A stretch of 64,000 bases of DNA from an uncultured Dorea sp. (GTDB taxonomy: Bacteria; Bacillota; Clostridia; Lachnospirales; Lachnospiraceae). The stretch is from the NCBI GenBank assembly GCA_964650695.1, contig CAZYVA010000001.1, positions 1,970-65,969 of the forward strand, written 5' to 3'. This document shows positions 38,197 through 47,068 of this stretch, one piece after another. Below the pieces are notes generated by a model, which saw only the letters and a program-made list of their open reading frames with translations, was not told the origin of the DNA and made no database searches. A program made the position numbers and the translations under genes. Numbering within the stretch: the stretch's first letter is position 1; each line of letters opens with the position of its first letter.

Positions 38197-40221
38197 CTAG
38201 CCTTTCCGTGCCATTCTACCATAAGTAAACAGTAGGGCGCAAGAAAGAATCATGAGAAACACAAAAACAATCAATGCCCGGCCATCCCCGGTCTTTACTT
38301 CCCCTTCCTCCGCTTTCTCGGAGATGACAGGCCGCACGGCGTTTTCCTCTGTGGAAGCCTGGACTTCCTCCTCGCAGGCAGGTGCCTCCGGCTGGTCCGG
38401 CGTCTCCGGTGTTTCCGGCTCTTCCGGCTCCGGTGGTTCCTCCATGTTTGTCAGTGTCCCCATATCAACCAGGAACCCTTCTTTCGAGATGGTCAGATGA
38501 ATATTTTGCAGAAGTGTTTTCCCTTCATTCTCATCACAGGGAAGCTCATTGATAATATAAGTGCCGTCGTAGGGCAAAGCGCCCCATGCGTCGTTCACCG
38601 CCACGGTCTGGATAGAGCCGTCCTTTTCCTGATACTGTCCAAACCAAAGCCCGTCCTCAGCTTCACCGCCGTTTGTATCTTCGCTATGGCTGGCATACGC
38701 AGACGCGGAGCTATAATACCCATTGGCATCTGTAGTAAACGAATGCGTTTCCCCGGTTGTCTCTGAACGGATCTCAAAGGGAATATTTGCCAGCCGCTCC
38801 CCAGCTTCCCCTATTTTATTGAACTCAAAATCCCCCCGTTTGATGCGGTTGTACCTGGAAAAGGAATTTTTCCCCTGCATAGACACGGTCTCCCCGCTTT
38901 TCGTCACCTGGATGACCATAGCCTCTTTTCCAGATGCCAGCACATTCCCATCCGCATCCGTAAAACTGGCGTCTTCATTCAAAAGATATCCTTTTGGCGC
39001 TTTTGTCTCCCGGATGACATAAGTCCCAAGAGGAAGCACAGGATTGCCCTGCGCGTCAAAATACAGGCTATCCCCCTCCGTCTTGTATGCGTCCTGGTAA
39101 GCGAGACGGTATCTTACATTGCCTTGTTCATCCTCTTCCGCTTTCGTGGCGAAGCTCCAGGACCGTACCGCCTGTTTCCCATCTGCCTGTCCTTCCGTCT
39201 GGAAATAGCTGTCGTAGTATTGTATGGTAAATACCGCATTCTCCAGCGTCGCCGTCCCAAGCGCATACCCCTCCTTTGTCTCCGTGTCTTTTTTGATGAT
39301 TTCCAGCCCCAGCCCGTCAAAAGCCGGCTGTTCCGGAACCGCCAGCGTCGTCGTCTCGCCCACGTTGATCTGGGCGGCCTGCACAGTCAGTTCCATCCAA
39401 TACCCCTCCGGCCCGCTTTTTTCCTTGACGTAATAAGTACCGATTGGAAGCTCCAGGACATTTGTGCTTCCATCCTGCCCTGTGATAAGCTCCCCCGCTT
39501 CCTGCGTGCATGCCTGGTCGGTGTAAACCCCATAAACCGCCCCCTGCAAGGAATAACAATCATTCCCGGCTGAAAGATCCTGCAAGGAAGAGGTCTTGAC
39601 AAGCTGCAGGCTTCCGACCTTCAATACCGGCGCAAGCACGATCGCGACCCTCTGCGCATCCGAATCATCCACGATCTGGTAAGCATGCCCCGCTCCTTCA
39701 TATAGGTCTTTCTCCTTTTTAATCTGTTTTTCCAGGGTGGAAAAATATGTTTTCTGATCATCTACGGAAAGATCAATATCATCCACATAGATCCGCCAGC
39801 CCCCGCTGCCGATATGGTCGCGTTGGATATACCAGATCATACACTGCGTCAGCATATATTTTTCGTTCTGCGTGTACCCGGAAAGTTCGAAGATATGCTT
39901 CTGCGCAAGGCATGCCTCCACCAGTTCGTCCCCTTGTAAATATTTGGTGATATCGACCTCTTTGGCCTCGCCGGTCTGCGAGATGTTCTCCATCTGCACA
40001 CAGTAAGCCATCTCTCCGTTTACTTTGTGGAGTTTTGCGTCGATGGTCTTATCATATACACCGTTATTGTAATGGATATAGCTCCCAATAACGGATTCCG
40101 TCACCTTGATATCCGCTGCTTTTGCCGTTTGAAGCAGCGCTAAAAAGCCGAATGCGCACATTATGATTGAAAAAGCGAGTATACACGCACAACGGGTTCC
40201 TTTATGAAGTTTTTGTTTCAT
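38197..40221 (-). CDS. Cell-wall-anchored surface adhesin: signal peptide, N-terminal domain with possible thioester motifs, three Cna-B/SpaA-type domains, and a sortase-type C-terminal sorting signal
   Basis: Start MKQKLHKG (ATG 40221) behind AAAGGAG, not the track's 40395. Signal peptide ...LLQTAKA. AYCVQ (Cys codon 40000..40002) and LTQCMIW motifs. Repeated G(T)Y.(V/I).E...P.GY motifs (PIGTYYVKEKSGPEGY, LGTYVIRETKAPKGY, GTYIINELP). The C-terminus EVKTGD plus a hydrophobic helix plus RMARKG forms the sorting signal. Confidence 0.85.
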   Translation of the reverse strand: MKQKLHKGTRCACILAFSIIMCAFGFLALLQTAKAADIKVTESVIGSYIHYNNGVYDKTIDAKLHKVNGEMAYCVQMENISQTGEAKEVDITKYLQGDELVEACLAQKHIFELSGYTQNEKYMLTQCMIWYIQRDHIGSGGWRIYVDDIDLSVDDQKTYFSTLEKQIKKEKDLYEGAGHAYQIVDDSDAQRVAIVLAPVLKVGSLQLVKTSSLQDLSAGNDCYSLQGAVYGVYTDQACTQEAGELITGQDGSTNVLELPIGTYYVKEKSGPEGYWMELTVQAAQINVGETTTLAVPEQPAFDGLGLEIIKKDTETKEGYALGTATLENAVFTIQYYDSYFQTEGQADGKQAVRSWSFATKAEEDEQGNVRYRLAYQDAYKTEGDSLYFDAQGNPVLPLGTYVIRETKAPKGYLLNEDASFTDADGNVLASGKEAMVIQVTKSGETVSMQGKNSFSRYNRIKRGDFEFNKIGEAGERLANIPFEIRSETTGETHSFTTDANGYYSSASAYASHSEDTNGGEAEDGLWFGQYQEKDGSIQTVAVNDAWGALPYDGTYIINELPCDENEGKTLLQNIHLTISKEGFLVDMGTLTNMEEPPEPEEPETPETPDQPEAPACEEEVQASTEENAVRPVISEKAEEGEVKTGDGRALIVFVFLMILSCALLFTYGRMARKG

Positions 40222-40505
40222 ACAACTCTCCTTTTTTTGAACACTGTCCCTTAAAGTTACATGGCTATCTTCAAGTCTTCCGAAAGCCGGCGCCGGCCAT
40301 GCGGCCGGAGCAAAAAAACGTAAACGGTATAAACCCCCTTTCCTGTTCAATTTTCTCGTGTCGGAAATCCGGGAGGAAAACTCCCAATAAAACATGAAAA
40401 ATAAATCTTAGAATTTTTGAACAGCCCTTATGGGCTCCTGTATCGGGCGTGATGAAAACAGCCTTTACAGGAATGTCTTTTCGTTATCTCTGAACGAGTA
40501 ACCTT

Positions 40506-40534
40506 ATCATAAACAAAACGCCGCGGCCTGTCAA
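40506..40534 (-). promoter_or_regulatory. Sigma-A-type promoter candidate for the adhesin gene
   Basis: Minus strand reads TTGACA (40534..40529), 17 nt, then TATGAT (40511..40506). It would give a ~280-nt 5' leader. Confidence 0.4.
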
Positions 40535-40593
40535 CAACGAAAAGGGACAGGGCAGCTCCGGCAGCGGATGCCCTTATCTTCCGCTTATTCCCG

Positions 40594-41397
40594 CTACTCT
40601 ATCCCTAAACTGGCCGGATCCACTGGATTTTCCACAGCTTCCTTCCGGCGGCGTTTCCTTCGTTTCAGAAGTGCGCCGCCTTTATTATAAAACCAGAAGG
40701 AATACGCCAGCAGCTTCCCGGCGCGTCCCATCCTTTCCCGCATTGTTTTTGTGTAAAAATTCCCGGAAGCTTCAATCCCGTCCTTTTGACGGAACATTTC
40801 GATCAGCTCTGTCTCACGGGACACGTCTTTCGGCAAAATTGTATAAGCCATGCCCGCGCACTCCACCTTGTGCGCGTCACTGCCGCCAATCCCAGGCTTT
40901 TGATATTTTCTGGCGATCCGGAGGGCTTCGTCATTCGCCTCCTTGGACTCACAGGCATTGAACGTCTCAAAAAAATCAAACTTTTTGAGTAGTTCCGGAT
41001 GGCGCACATACTGTTTGGTCTTTGTAAAACTCATATACTTTTCCCCACAGGGATGCGCCGGCCCTAAAATTCCCCCGTGCCGGTGGACAAAATCAACCAA
41101 TTCCGATACCGGAAGGCCCCTCGTTTCCAGAAGCCGCATTTTCACCCCTTCCGGCATGATACAGATGATATGCCCTCCGTCACAGGTATCGTACTCGATC
41201 CCCTTTAATACGACAAAGTCCGTATGGATCCGGCTTTTCATATGGGTTTTCCAGAAACGGTAGCCTTTGTATGTGTCATGGTCCGTGATCAACATCCCAT
41301 CAAAGCCTTGGTCCTTCAGCTTTATAATATATTCATCCAGGCTGACTTTACTGTCAACCGATCCTTCCTTCACATGGCAGTGCATATCTAATTTCAT
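40594..41397 (-). CDS. PHP-domain metal-dependent phosphoesterase
   Basis: MKLDMHCHVKEGSVDS, ITDHD, GIEYD, GPAHP and GGSDAHK are the PHP His/Asp motifs. Basic C-terminal tail KRRKRRRK. Confidence 0.85.
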   Translation of the reverse strand: MKLDMHCHVKEGSVDSKVSLDEYIIKLKDQGFDGMLITDHDTYKGYRFWKTHMKSRIHTDFVVLKGIEYDTCDGGHIICIMPEGVKMRLLETRGLPVSELVDFVHRHGGILGPAHPCGEKYMSFTKTKQYVRHPELLKKFDFFETFNACESKEANDEALRIARKYQKPGIGGSDAHKVECAGMAYTILPKDVSRETELIEMFRQKDGIEASGNFYTKTMRERMGRAGKLLAYSFWFYNKGGALLKRRKRRRKEAVENPVDPASLGIE

Positions 41398-41469
41398 AGG
41401 TCACCCACCTTCATCCCGGTCTGTGCGGGGCATCCTGCGTCAAACGCCGTCTCAGCAGAGAGTAAGAGA

Positions 41470-43290
41470 TCAGTCCCGTTCAACCCATCCGTCCCCGCTG
41501 CCAAGCTTATATTGTTCACCCAAAGCATCCGTCATATACACTTCTACATAATAGTTCCCATCCCTTCCCCCAAAATCCTCTATGGCAACCCTGCCCTTGT
41601 ATTTCCCATCTCCATACTGTTCCATCGGTATCCATTGCAGGTCGCTTTGATCCTCCTGCGTCCACACAGCCATTTCCAGCGACTGCGGTTCTGCCTGGAT
41701 ACCGGTCAGCTTGACGGCTTTGACTGTAAACGCAAACGTTTCTTTATTATAAGTTCCGACCTTTATCTTTGCGCCCGGTATCTTTTCCTCGCGCCGCAGC
41801 ACTTCCTCATTTTCCTCGTCAATCGCGGCCATGTCTTCCAAAAACCGGGATTTTTTCAACAGCTCCCCTTGCACATAATCATACCCGAAACGCTCCAGGA
41901 GCGTCTGTGTGGAAGAAAAGAGGTTAGTCCCAAGCCCAAGCCTGTCCCCATCGATGCGGGCTCCCAGCGCCGCAAGGACCGTCGGGAAAAAATCAAAGGT
42001 CGAATACGCCCGTCTTTCTGTAATCTCAGGCTCACAGCCTGCATGGATAAAGGAAGTGTAGACCCTGCGCCTGTAATCACTGCTGACATCCGCGCAGAAA
42101 TCCGTGTCCATAGTCAGGTGATCCCCAACCAGCACAACCGCCGTATTCTCATAAAAATCCTGCTGCTTCACCCATTCGATAAACTCGCTGGCCTGCGCGC
42201 TGGAGCAGGCCAGTACGTTCGCGTACTGGTTATCCCCAAACGTATCCTTGCACCTGCCGCATACATAACCATCCTCAAAATGGGTGTCCACGGTCAGCAT
42301 AGTCAGATTAAACGGGGAATCCTGCCCGGACAACTCCATCAGCTCCTCTTTCGCAAACGCAAACAGCTTCTCATCCTCATATCCCCACCACACCTTGTAG
42401 TCGTCCGGGATCCATCCATTCTTTTTCGCATAGCCGTAATCCAGGATATCGTAATCCCCATGTTCCGTAAAATACAGCTCCCTCCCACCAAAGACTGCGT
42501 CGGAGCCAAGCAGCAAAGCCTGGTTGTAACCTTCCTGCGCTAAAATATCACCCAGCCCTGTCACACCGCCAAAAAAAGATTCCTGCGTATCCATATCATT
42601 CCCGTCAATGGGAATATTGAGCGGAAGTCCCGTCGTATGCCCGAACATCGCCCCCATCGTCCATGTTGTCCCGGACAATGGATAAGCGCCGTTCAGTGCG
42701 GCATCCGGACCGGAAAAGTCCTCATTCTGCTGTGCCAGCGCAGTCAGTTCCGGAATGGTATTTTCTGGAAACGCCCCGCCATCCTGCTGGTCCGCATAGG
42801 TCATTTCCATAGATTCCAAGTAAATATAGATTAAATTCTTCTTTTGGGCCGGAAAAGTGATCGCCGTCTTTGCCGGATCCGCGTAATAATCTTCAATAAA
42901 AGAAGAATCCTCGCCCTGCGCTTCCAGATACGCTCCTGCATCCAATGTCCGATAAGTATAAAATACGGCGGCGCAGGACCCTGCCACCGAAAAGGCAGAA
43001 AGGACAAGCATAAGGATCCGCGCAATCCTTCCCCGCCTGCTTAGGAAAAACAGCGCAACAATTACTAAAAACATCATTGCAAGCGCAGGCAGCGCGCAGA
43101 CTTGCAGATATTCTTTTACCATTCCCTCATTCGTGCCTTCCAACGGCGCTTTCAAGTGGAAAACCAGCTCATTCACAGTTAGGTTGTTCCATGTGCGCAA
43201 CATCCATCGGACGCTGCAGCATAAGAGCATACAGGATCCACACAAAAAAACGGATATAAAAACGCCTGCCGCATCGATTATTTTTCTCAA
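41470..43290 (-). CDS. LTA synthase-family (sulfatase-fold) phosphoglycerol transferase with an additional C-terminal beta-rich domain
   Basis: 606 aa, TTG start. 4-5 N-terminal TM helices. Extracellular sulfatase-like core (IYIYLESME, GTTWTMGAMF, LVGDHL). The last ~100 aa (VGTYNKETFAFTV...WIPMEQYGDGKYKGRVAIEDFGGRDGNYYVEVYM) resemble GBS Bsp-like repeats, from memory only. Confidence 0.85.
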   Translation of the reverse strand: MRKIIDAAGVFISVFLCGSCMLLCCSVRWMLRTWNNLTVNELVFHLKAPLEGTNEGMVKEYLQVCALPALAMMFLVIVALFFLSRRGRIARILMLVLSAFSVAGSCAAVFYTYRTLDAGAYLEAQGEDSSFIEDYYADPAKTAITFPAQKKNLIYIYLESMEMTYADQQDGGAFPENTIPELTALAQQNEDFSGPDAALNGAYPLSGTTWTMGAMFGHTTGLPLNIPIDGNDMDTQESFFGGVTGLGDILAQEGYNQALLLGSDAVFGGRELYFTEHGDYDILDYGYAKKNGWIPDDYKVWWGYEDEKLFAFAKEELMELSGQDSPFNLTMLTVDTHFEDGYVCGRCKDTFGDNQYANVLACSSAQASEFIEWVKQQDFYENTAVVLVGDHLTMDTDFCADVSSDYRRRVYTSFIHAGCEPEITERRAYSTFDFFPTVLAALGARIDGDRLGLGTNLFSSTQTLLERFGYDYVQGELLKKSRFLEDMAAIDEENEEVLRREEKIPGAKIKVGTYNKETFAFTVKAVKLTGIQAEPQSLEMAVWTQEDQSDLQWIPMEQYGDGKYKGRVAIEDFGGRDGNYYVEVYMTDALGEQYKLGSGDGWVERD

Positions 43291-43453
43291 TAATGTAGAC
43301 CTTCCTTTGTATTGGCAGCCATGGTTCCATTCACGGTCAGGAATCCCCCGTAATGGGACGCCTCCCGCTCCCCAAGCCTTATTTTATAGTAGACTACTGT
43401 ATGGATGATTGTCAAGAAATAAGAAACTGGAAATATTCAGAAACCAGAGACTT

Positions 43454-43482
43454 TTGACCCTGGTATCATTTGGTGTTATACT
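43454..43482 (+). promoter_or_regulatory. Sigma-A-type promoter candidate for the Y-family polymerase operon
   Basis: TTGACC (43454..43459), 17 nt, then TATACT (43477..43482). It lies ~45 nt upstream of the ATG, which has an AAGGAGG RBS. Confidence 0.5.
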
Positions 43483-43527
43483 TTTCTAAATCAGGAAAGG
43501 GAATCATAAAGAAGGAGGCGTACCATT

Positions 43528-45279
43528 ATGGCCACAGGCAGCAATGATTTTCCGGTCCCGCCGTATGCCCATACCTACATTGCCATCGACCTGAAATCCT
43601 ACTACGCGTCCACCGAGTGCGCCGCCCGCCACCTGGACCCGCTCACGACAAACCTTGTGGTGGCGGATCCAAGCCGTACAGAGAAAACCATCTGCCTGGC
43701 GGTCAGCCCCTCTCTCAAAGCCCTCGGCGTCCCAGGCAGGCCCAGGCTCTTTGAGGTTATCCAAAAAACAAACGAGATCAACAAAAAGCGCCTGAACGCC
43801 TACCGGAGGGAACACCACAACTACAGCCTGCAATTCACCTCCGCCTCCCATGACGCCACCGCCCTGGCAACCGATCCATCCCTGGCGCTTTCCTACATCG
43901 TGGCCCCGCCCAGGATGAACTATTACATGAAAGTATCCGCTGACATCTACGGCATCTATTTAAAGTATGTCGCGCCAGAAGACATTCTTGTATACAGCAT
44001 TGACGAAGTATTTATAGATGCCTCGCCTTACCTTCGGACCTACCGTATGAGCGCCCGCGAACTGGCTGTAACCATGATACGGGAAGTCCTCTATACCACC
44101 GGCATTACGGCCACAGTGGGGATAGGGAGCAATCTATATTTGGCAAAGGTGGCCATGGACATTGTGGCAAAGCACGTAGAAGCCGATGCGGACGGTGTGC
44201 GGATCGCAAAGCTTGATGAAGAATCGTATAAAAAGATTTTATGGTGCCACAGGCCGCTCACAGACTTTTGGCGCATCGGGCCGGGGATCGCCAGGAAGCT
44301 GGAGCGGAATGGGATGTACACGATGGGGGACGTGGCGCGGATGAGCGTGACCAACCATCCTGTAGAAATACATATAGCAAAGCCCAGGAAAGGCGAGAGC
44401 AGCATCCAAATGATGGAAAACGGCGAAGAACTGCTGTATAAGCTTTTCGGCGTGAACGCGGAGCTGCTGATCGACCACGCCTGGGGATACGAACCGTGTG
44501 GGATCGCCGACGCAAAAGCCTACAAGCCGATGAGCAAGAGCATGGGCTGCGGGCAAGTGCTGAAAGAACCGTATACGTATGAAAAGGCAAGAACCGTGCT
44601 GAAAGAAATGGCGGATTCCGTGTCTCTGGATCTGGTGCGCAAGGAAATGGTATGCGCGCAGGTCGTGGTAAGCATTGGGTATGATACGGGCAGTTTAAGA
44701 CGGGATGGAACATATTTGAAATATAAGACCACAGGTAAAATTTTTCATGGCGCTGTAGAGAAGGATCACTACGGCAGGCTAGTCCCAAACCACGCCCACG
44801 GCAGCTATCATTTTGATGACAGGCATGGCAGGCACACAAGCTCATCCCAGGAAATCATCAAAGCGGCCTTATCTATTTTCGATAGCAAAGTCAATAAGGA
44901 TCTTCTCATCCGCCGCCTCAATGTAGCCGCTACGGAAGTCATCCCGGAAAATGAGATGAAGGACAGTGGCCCAGAATTTACGCAGATGGATTTATTCACG
45001 GACTATGCGGCGGTTGAGCGGGAGAAGGAACAAAGCCGGAAGAAAGCGGAAAAAGAGCGGAAATTGCAAAAAGCGATGCTGAATATAAAAGACAGGTTCG
45101 GAAAGAACGCCTTGCTCAGAGGGATCAGCTTCACCGATGGCGCTACGGCCAGGGAGCGGAATATGCAGGTCGGCGGACACCGGGGCGGTGAGGAAAGCGC
45201 TGAAAAGGACGCGGATGATGACGGCATAGAAAGCACAGAAAATATGGATGGGAATATGAAGGAGGAGTGGATACCATGA
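43528..45279 (+). CDS. Y-family (DinB/UmuC/UvrX-like) translesion DNA polymerase with a long K/E-rich C-terminal extension
   Basis: YIAIDLKSYYASTECA (catalytic Asp context), YSIDEVFID (DE motif), GIGSNLYLAKVA and WRIGPGIARKL (HhH) are typical of the ImpB/MucB/SamB family. Confidence 0.9.
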   Translation: MATGSNDFPVPPYAHTYIAIDLKSYYASTECAARHLDPLTTNLVVADPSRTEKTICLAVSPSLKALGVPGRPRLFEVIQKTNEINKKRLNAYRREHHNYSLQFTSASHDATALATDPSLALSYIVAPPRMNYYMKVSADIYGIYLKYVAPEDILVYSIDEVFIDASPYLRTYRMSARELAVTMIREVLYTTGITATVGIGSNLYLAKVAMDIVAKHVEADADGVRIAKLDEESYKKILWCHRPLTDFWRIGPGIARKLERNGMYTMGDVARMSVTNHPVEIHIAKPRKGESSIQMMENGEELLYKLFGVNAELLIDHAWGYEPCGIADAKAYKPMSKSMGCGQVLKEPYTYEKARTVLKEMADSVSLDLVRKEMVCAQVVVSIGYDTGSLRRDGTYLKYKTTGKIFHGAVEKDHYGRLVPNHAHGSYHFDDRHGRHTSSSQEIIKAALSIFDSKVNKDLLIRRLNVAATEVIPENEMKDSGPEFTQMDLFTDYAAVEREKEQSRKKAEKERKLQKAMLNIKDRFGKNALLRGISFTDGATARERNMQVGGHRGGEESAEKDADDDGIESTENMDGNMKEEWIP

Positions 45280-45500
45280 GCAACCGATCCTATACTTGGG
45301 AGGAGAAATCCTACGACCACAGCTACGATGACATCATACATCTCTCCCGCCCTGTGTCAAAGAAGCATCCGCCGATGGCTATGGAGGCACGCGCGGCTAT
45401 TTTCACCCCATACGACGCACTCTCCGGTTACTCGGACAAGATCAAAGAAACAGCGAGGATTACAGAGGGGTCGTCATCACAGGACAACCCCCATAAATAA
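45276..45500 (+). CDS. YolD-like small protein (putative polymerase accessory factor)
   Basis: The track start is 45267. The ATG at 45276 forms an ATGA overlap with the polymerase stop and follows GGAGGAG. RPVSKKHPPMAMEARAAIFTPYDALSGYSDKIKETAR matches my recollection of YolD-like proteins paired with Firmicute Y-family polymerases. Confidence 0.65.
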   Translation: MSNRSYTWEEKSYDHSYDDIIHLSRPVSKKHPPMAMEARAAIFTPYDALSGYSDKIKETARITEGSSSQDNPHK

Positions 45501-45574
45501 TCCCCGCCGAAAGCATTTGTTTGGCCGCCTTTTCAATGGTCTTTTGGCCGTCCCCGTCCAGGGACTGTCCCTGG

Positions 45575-47038
45575 TTACGCGGGTTCGATTTTTTTCGCCG
45601 CAAGAATATTCTGGCTCGTATCCGCCGCACCCGCGTCAGCGGTTATTTTCACACGCGTCCCATTTGCGTCCCCGTCGGTTGTGTCTTTCGCGTCATCCTT
45701 CGAAAAGGTCATGGTCGCGCCATCGTCCGTTGTAATCGTAATCGTATTCGTGGTGCCGTCGGCAATGACGCCGGTGTACACAGCATTTTCCGCCGATTTA
45801 TTCGAATCAGAATCTTCCACTTTGCTCACAACCACACTGTCCGGATCGGACAAATCCCCCGTATAGGTAACTTTTACGGAATTGCCGGTCTGTATCCCAT
45901 TGGCGTAATCATGCTCCGCGTCTGAGATATTGACGGTGTATGTCTGGCCGTCTGTGGAAAAGCTCAGGGTATTCATGGAAACTTCCTCCACAGTACCTGT
46001 CGCCGTCTTCGGAGTGTCATCCGGCTTCTGTTCGTCCGGCTCCTGTTGATCGGGCTCCTGTTTGTCCGGCTCCTGCGTCTGATCCGGTTCTTGCTGATCC
46101 GGCTCCTGCGTCTGGTCCGGTTCTTGCTGATCCGGTTCTGATTGGGGGGTCTGGACTGGCTGGGGCTGATCCCCCTGCTGCGGCGTCAAAGCGTCGCTTC
46201 CATCTGTTTTTGCCGCCTTCGCATCTTTTTTCGGAGCCTTTTTCGACAAATAATCCCCATAGATATACGCATCCTTGTCTTTATAGCTCACGCGGGACCA
46301 TCCATTGTCACAGGTCCCTGTCCGCTTGATGGAATCCCCTTTTGCCAAAGAACCTATCACTTTTGAATCCGTAGAATAAGACTCCCTTATATGGACGCCT
46401 GCCGTTGCGTATACGGTTTCATCCACATCCTTGATCTTGACTTTCTTTTTTTCTTCTTTTATCTTGTTCTCATCATCGTCGGTAATCTTAAGGACCGTTA
46501 CATTTTTGGTGTCTGTCCCCTGTATCTCCCCAATATAGGTAACGGCGACCCAATTCCCTTCCCGGATCCCGTTTTTAAACTTATGCTCGCAATTATTCGC
46601 GCAAAAAACCAGTTCTTCCCCGTCATTTTGTTTGATCGTGATCGTATTTTCCGTAATGCGGACTAACGTGCCAACCACCGTTTGTTCCTCCTGCTGAGAT
46701 TCACCGTAGTCTTCAACAGAAGTCACCGTGGCGTTGGATGTATCCGTTCCATCGATTTCCCCATCGTAATTAACCATGATCTCGTCGCCGGAACGCATAT
46801 TTTTGGAACGGATCTCAGCCGAGGACAGATCAAAATCATACTTTTGCTTCGCGTCCTCCATCTCTAATGTCTTCCCGGAAAAAGACAACAGCTTTCCTTC
46901 CAATTGCCCTTGTTCATCCACTTCCTTCTCAACGACTACCTCTTCTTTGGTCGTCTCTTTTTCACATCCCGTCAACGCCATAACAACAGCAGCGCCGATG
47001 ATGCCAGCCCATTTTATTCTTCCATCTATCTTCATCAA
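45575..47038 (-). CDS. Lipoprotein with an SH3b-like domain and a Q/E/P/D low-complexity repeat
   Basis: Lipobox VMALTGCEK. SH3_3-like VYATAGVHIRESYSTDSKVIGSLAKGDSIKRTG..DNGWSRVSY..KDAYIYGDYL. Repeated modules of the type ...T.T...DG......D. QEPDQ repeat tract. Confidence 0.8.
   Translation of the reverse strand: MMKIDGRIKWAGIIGAAVVMALTGCEKETTKEEVVVEKEVDEQGQLEGKLLSFSGKTLEMEDAKQKYDFDLSSAEIRSKNMRSGDEIMVNYDGEIDGTDTSNATVTSVEDYGESQQEEQTVVGTLVRITENTITIKQNDGEELVFCANNCEHKFKNGIREGNWVAVTYIGEIQGTDTKNVTVLKITDDDENKIKEEKKKVKIKDVDETVYATAGVHIRESYSTDSKVIGSLAKGDSIKRTGTCDNGWSRVSYKDKDAYIYGDYLSKKAPKKDAKAAKTDGSDALTPQQGDQPQPVQTPQSEPDQQEPDQTQEPDQQEPDQTQEPDKQEPDQQEPDEQKPDDTPKTATGTVEEVSMNTLSFSTDGQTYTVNISDAEHDYANGIQTGNSVKVTYTGDLSDPDSVVVSKVEDSDSNKSAENAVYTGVIADGTTNTITITTDDGATMTFSKDDAKDTTDGDANGTRVKITADAGAADTSQNILAAKKIEPA
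46021..46140 (-). repeat. In-frame 15/33-nt tandem repeats encoding (T)QEPDQ(Q)EPDQ
   Basis: Near-identical 33-nt units at 46066..46098 and 46099..46131. They are preceded by three degenerate 15-nt units (46021..46065). Confidence 0.85.
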
Positions 47039-47068
47039 AAAACCTCCTATGTAATTATGAAAATCCTC

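Noticed and set aside
40222-40534. A c-di-GMP (GEMM-I/II) riboswitch or invertible promoter in the adhesin leader
   Set aside because: I could not find the conserved cores I remember for either class. The only inverted repeat (CTGTTCAA / TTGAACAG, ~65 nt apart) is too short to call a recombinase site. It is kept only as an unexplained long leader.
43291-43527. A LexA (Cheo) box upstream of the Y-family polymerase
   Set aside because: No GAAC-N4-GTTC or close variant is seen. The AGAAAC...AGAAAC direct repeat does not fit the palindromic operator.
45570-45600. A tRNA-like T-loop sequence, GCGGGTTCGATTTTTTT
   Set aside because: It lies at the 3' end of the lipoprotein ORF. There is no acceptor or anticodon arm around it. 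It is an isolated GGTTCGA match only.
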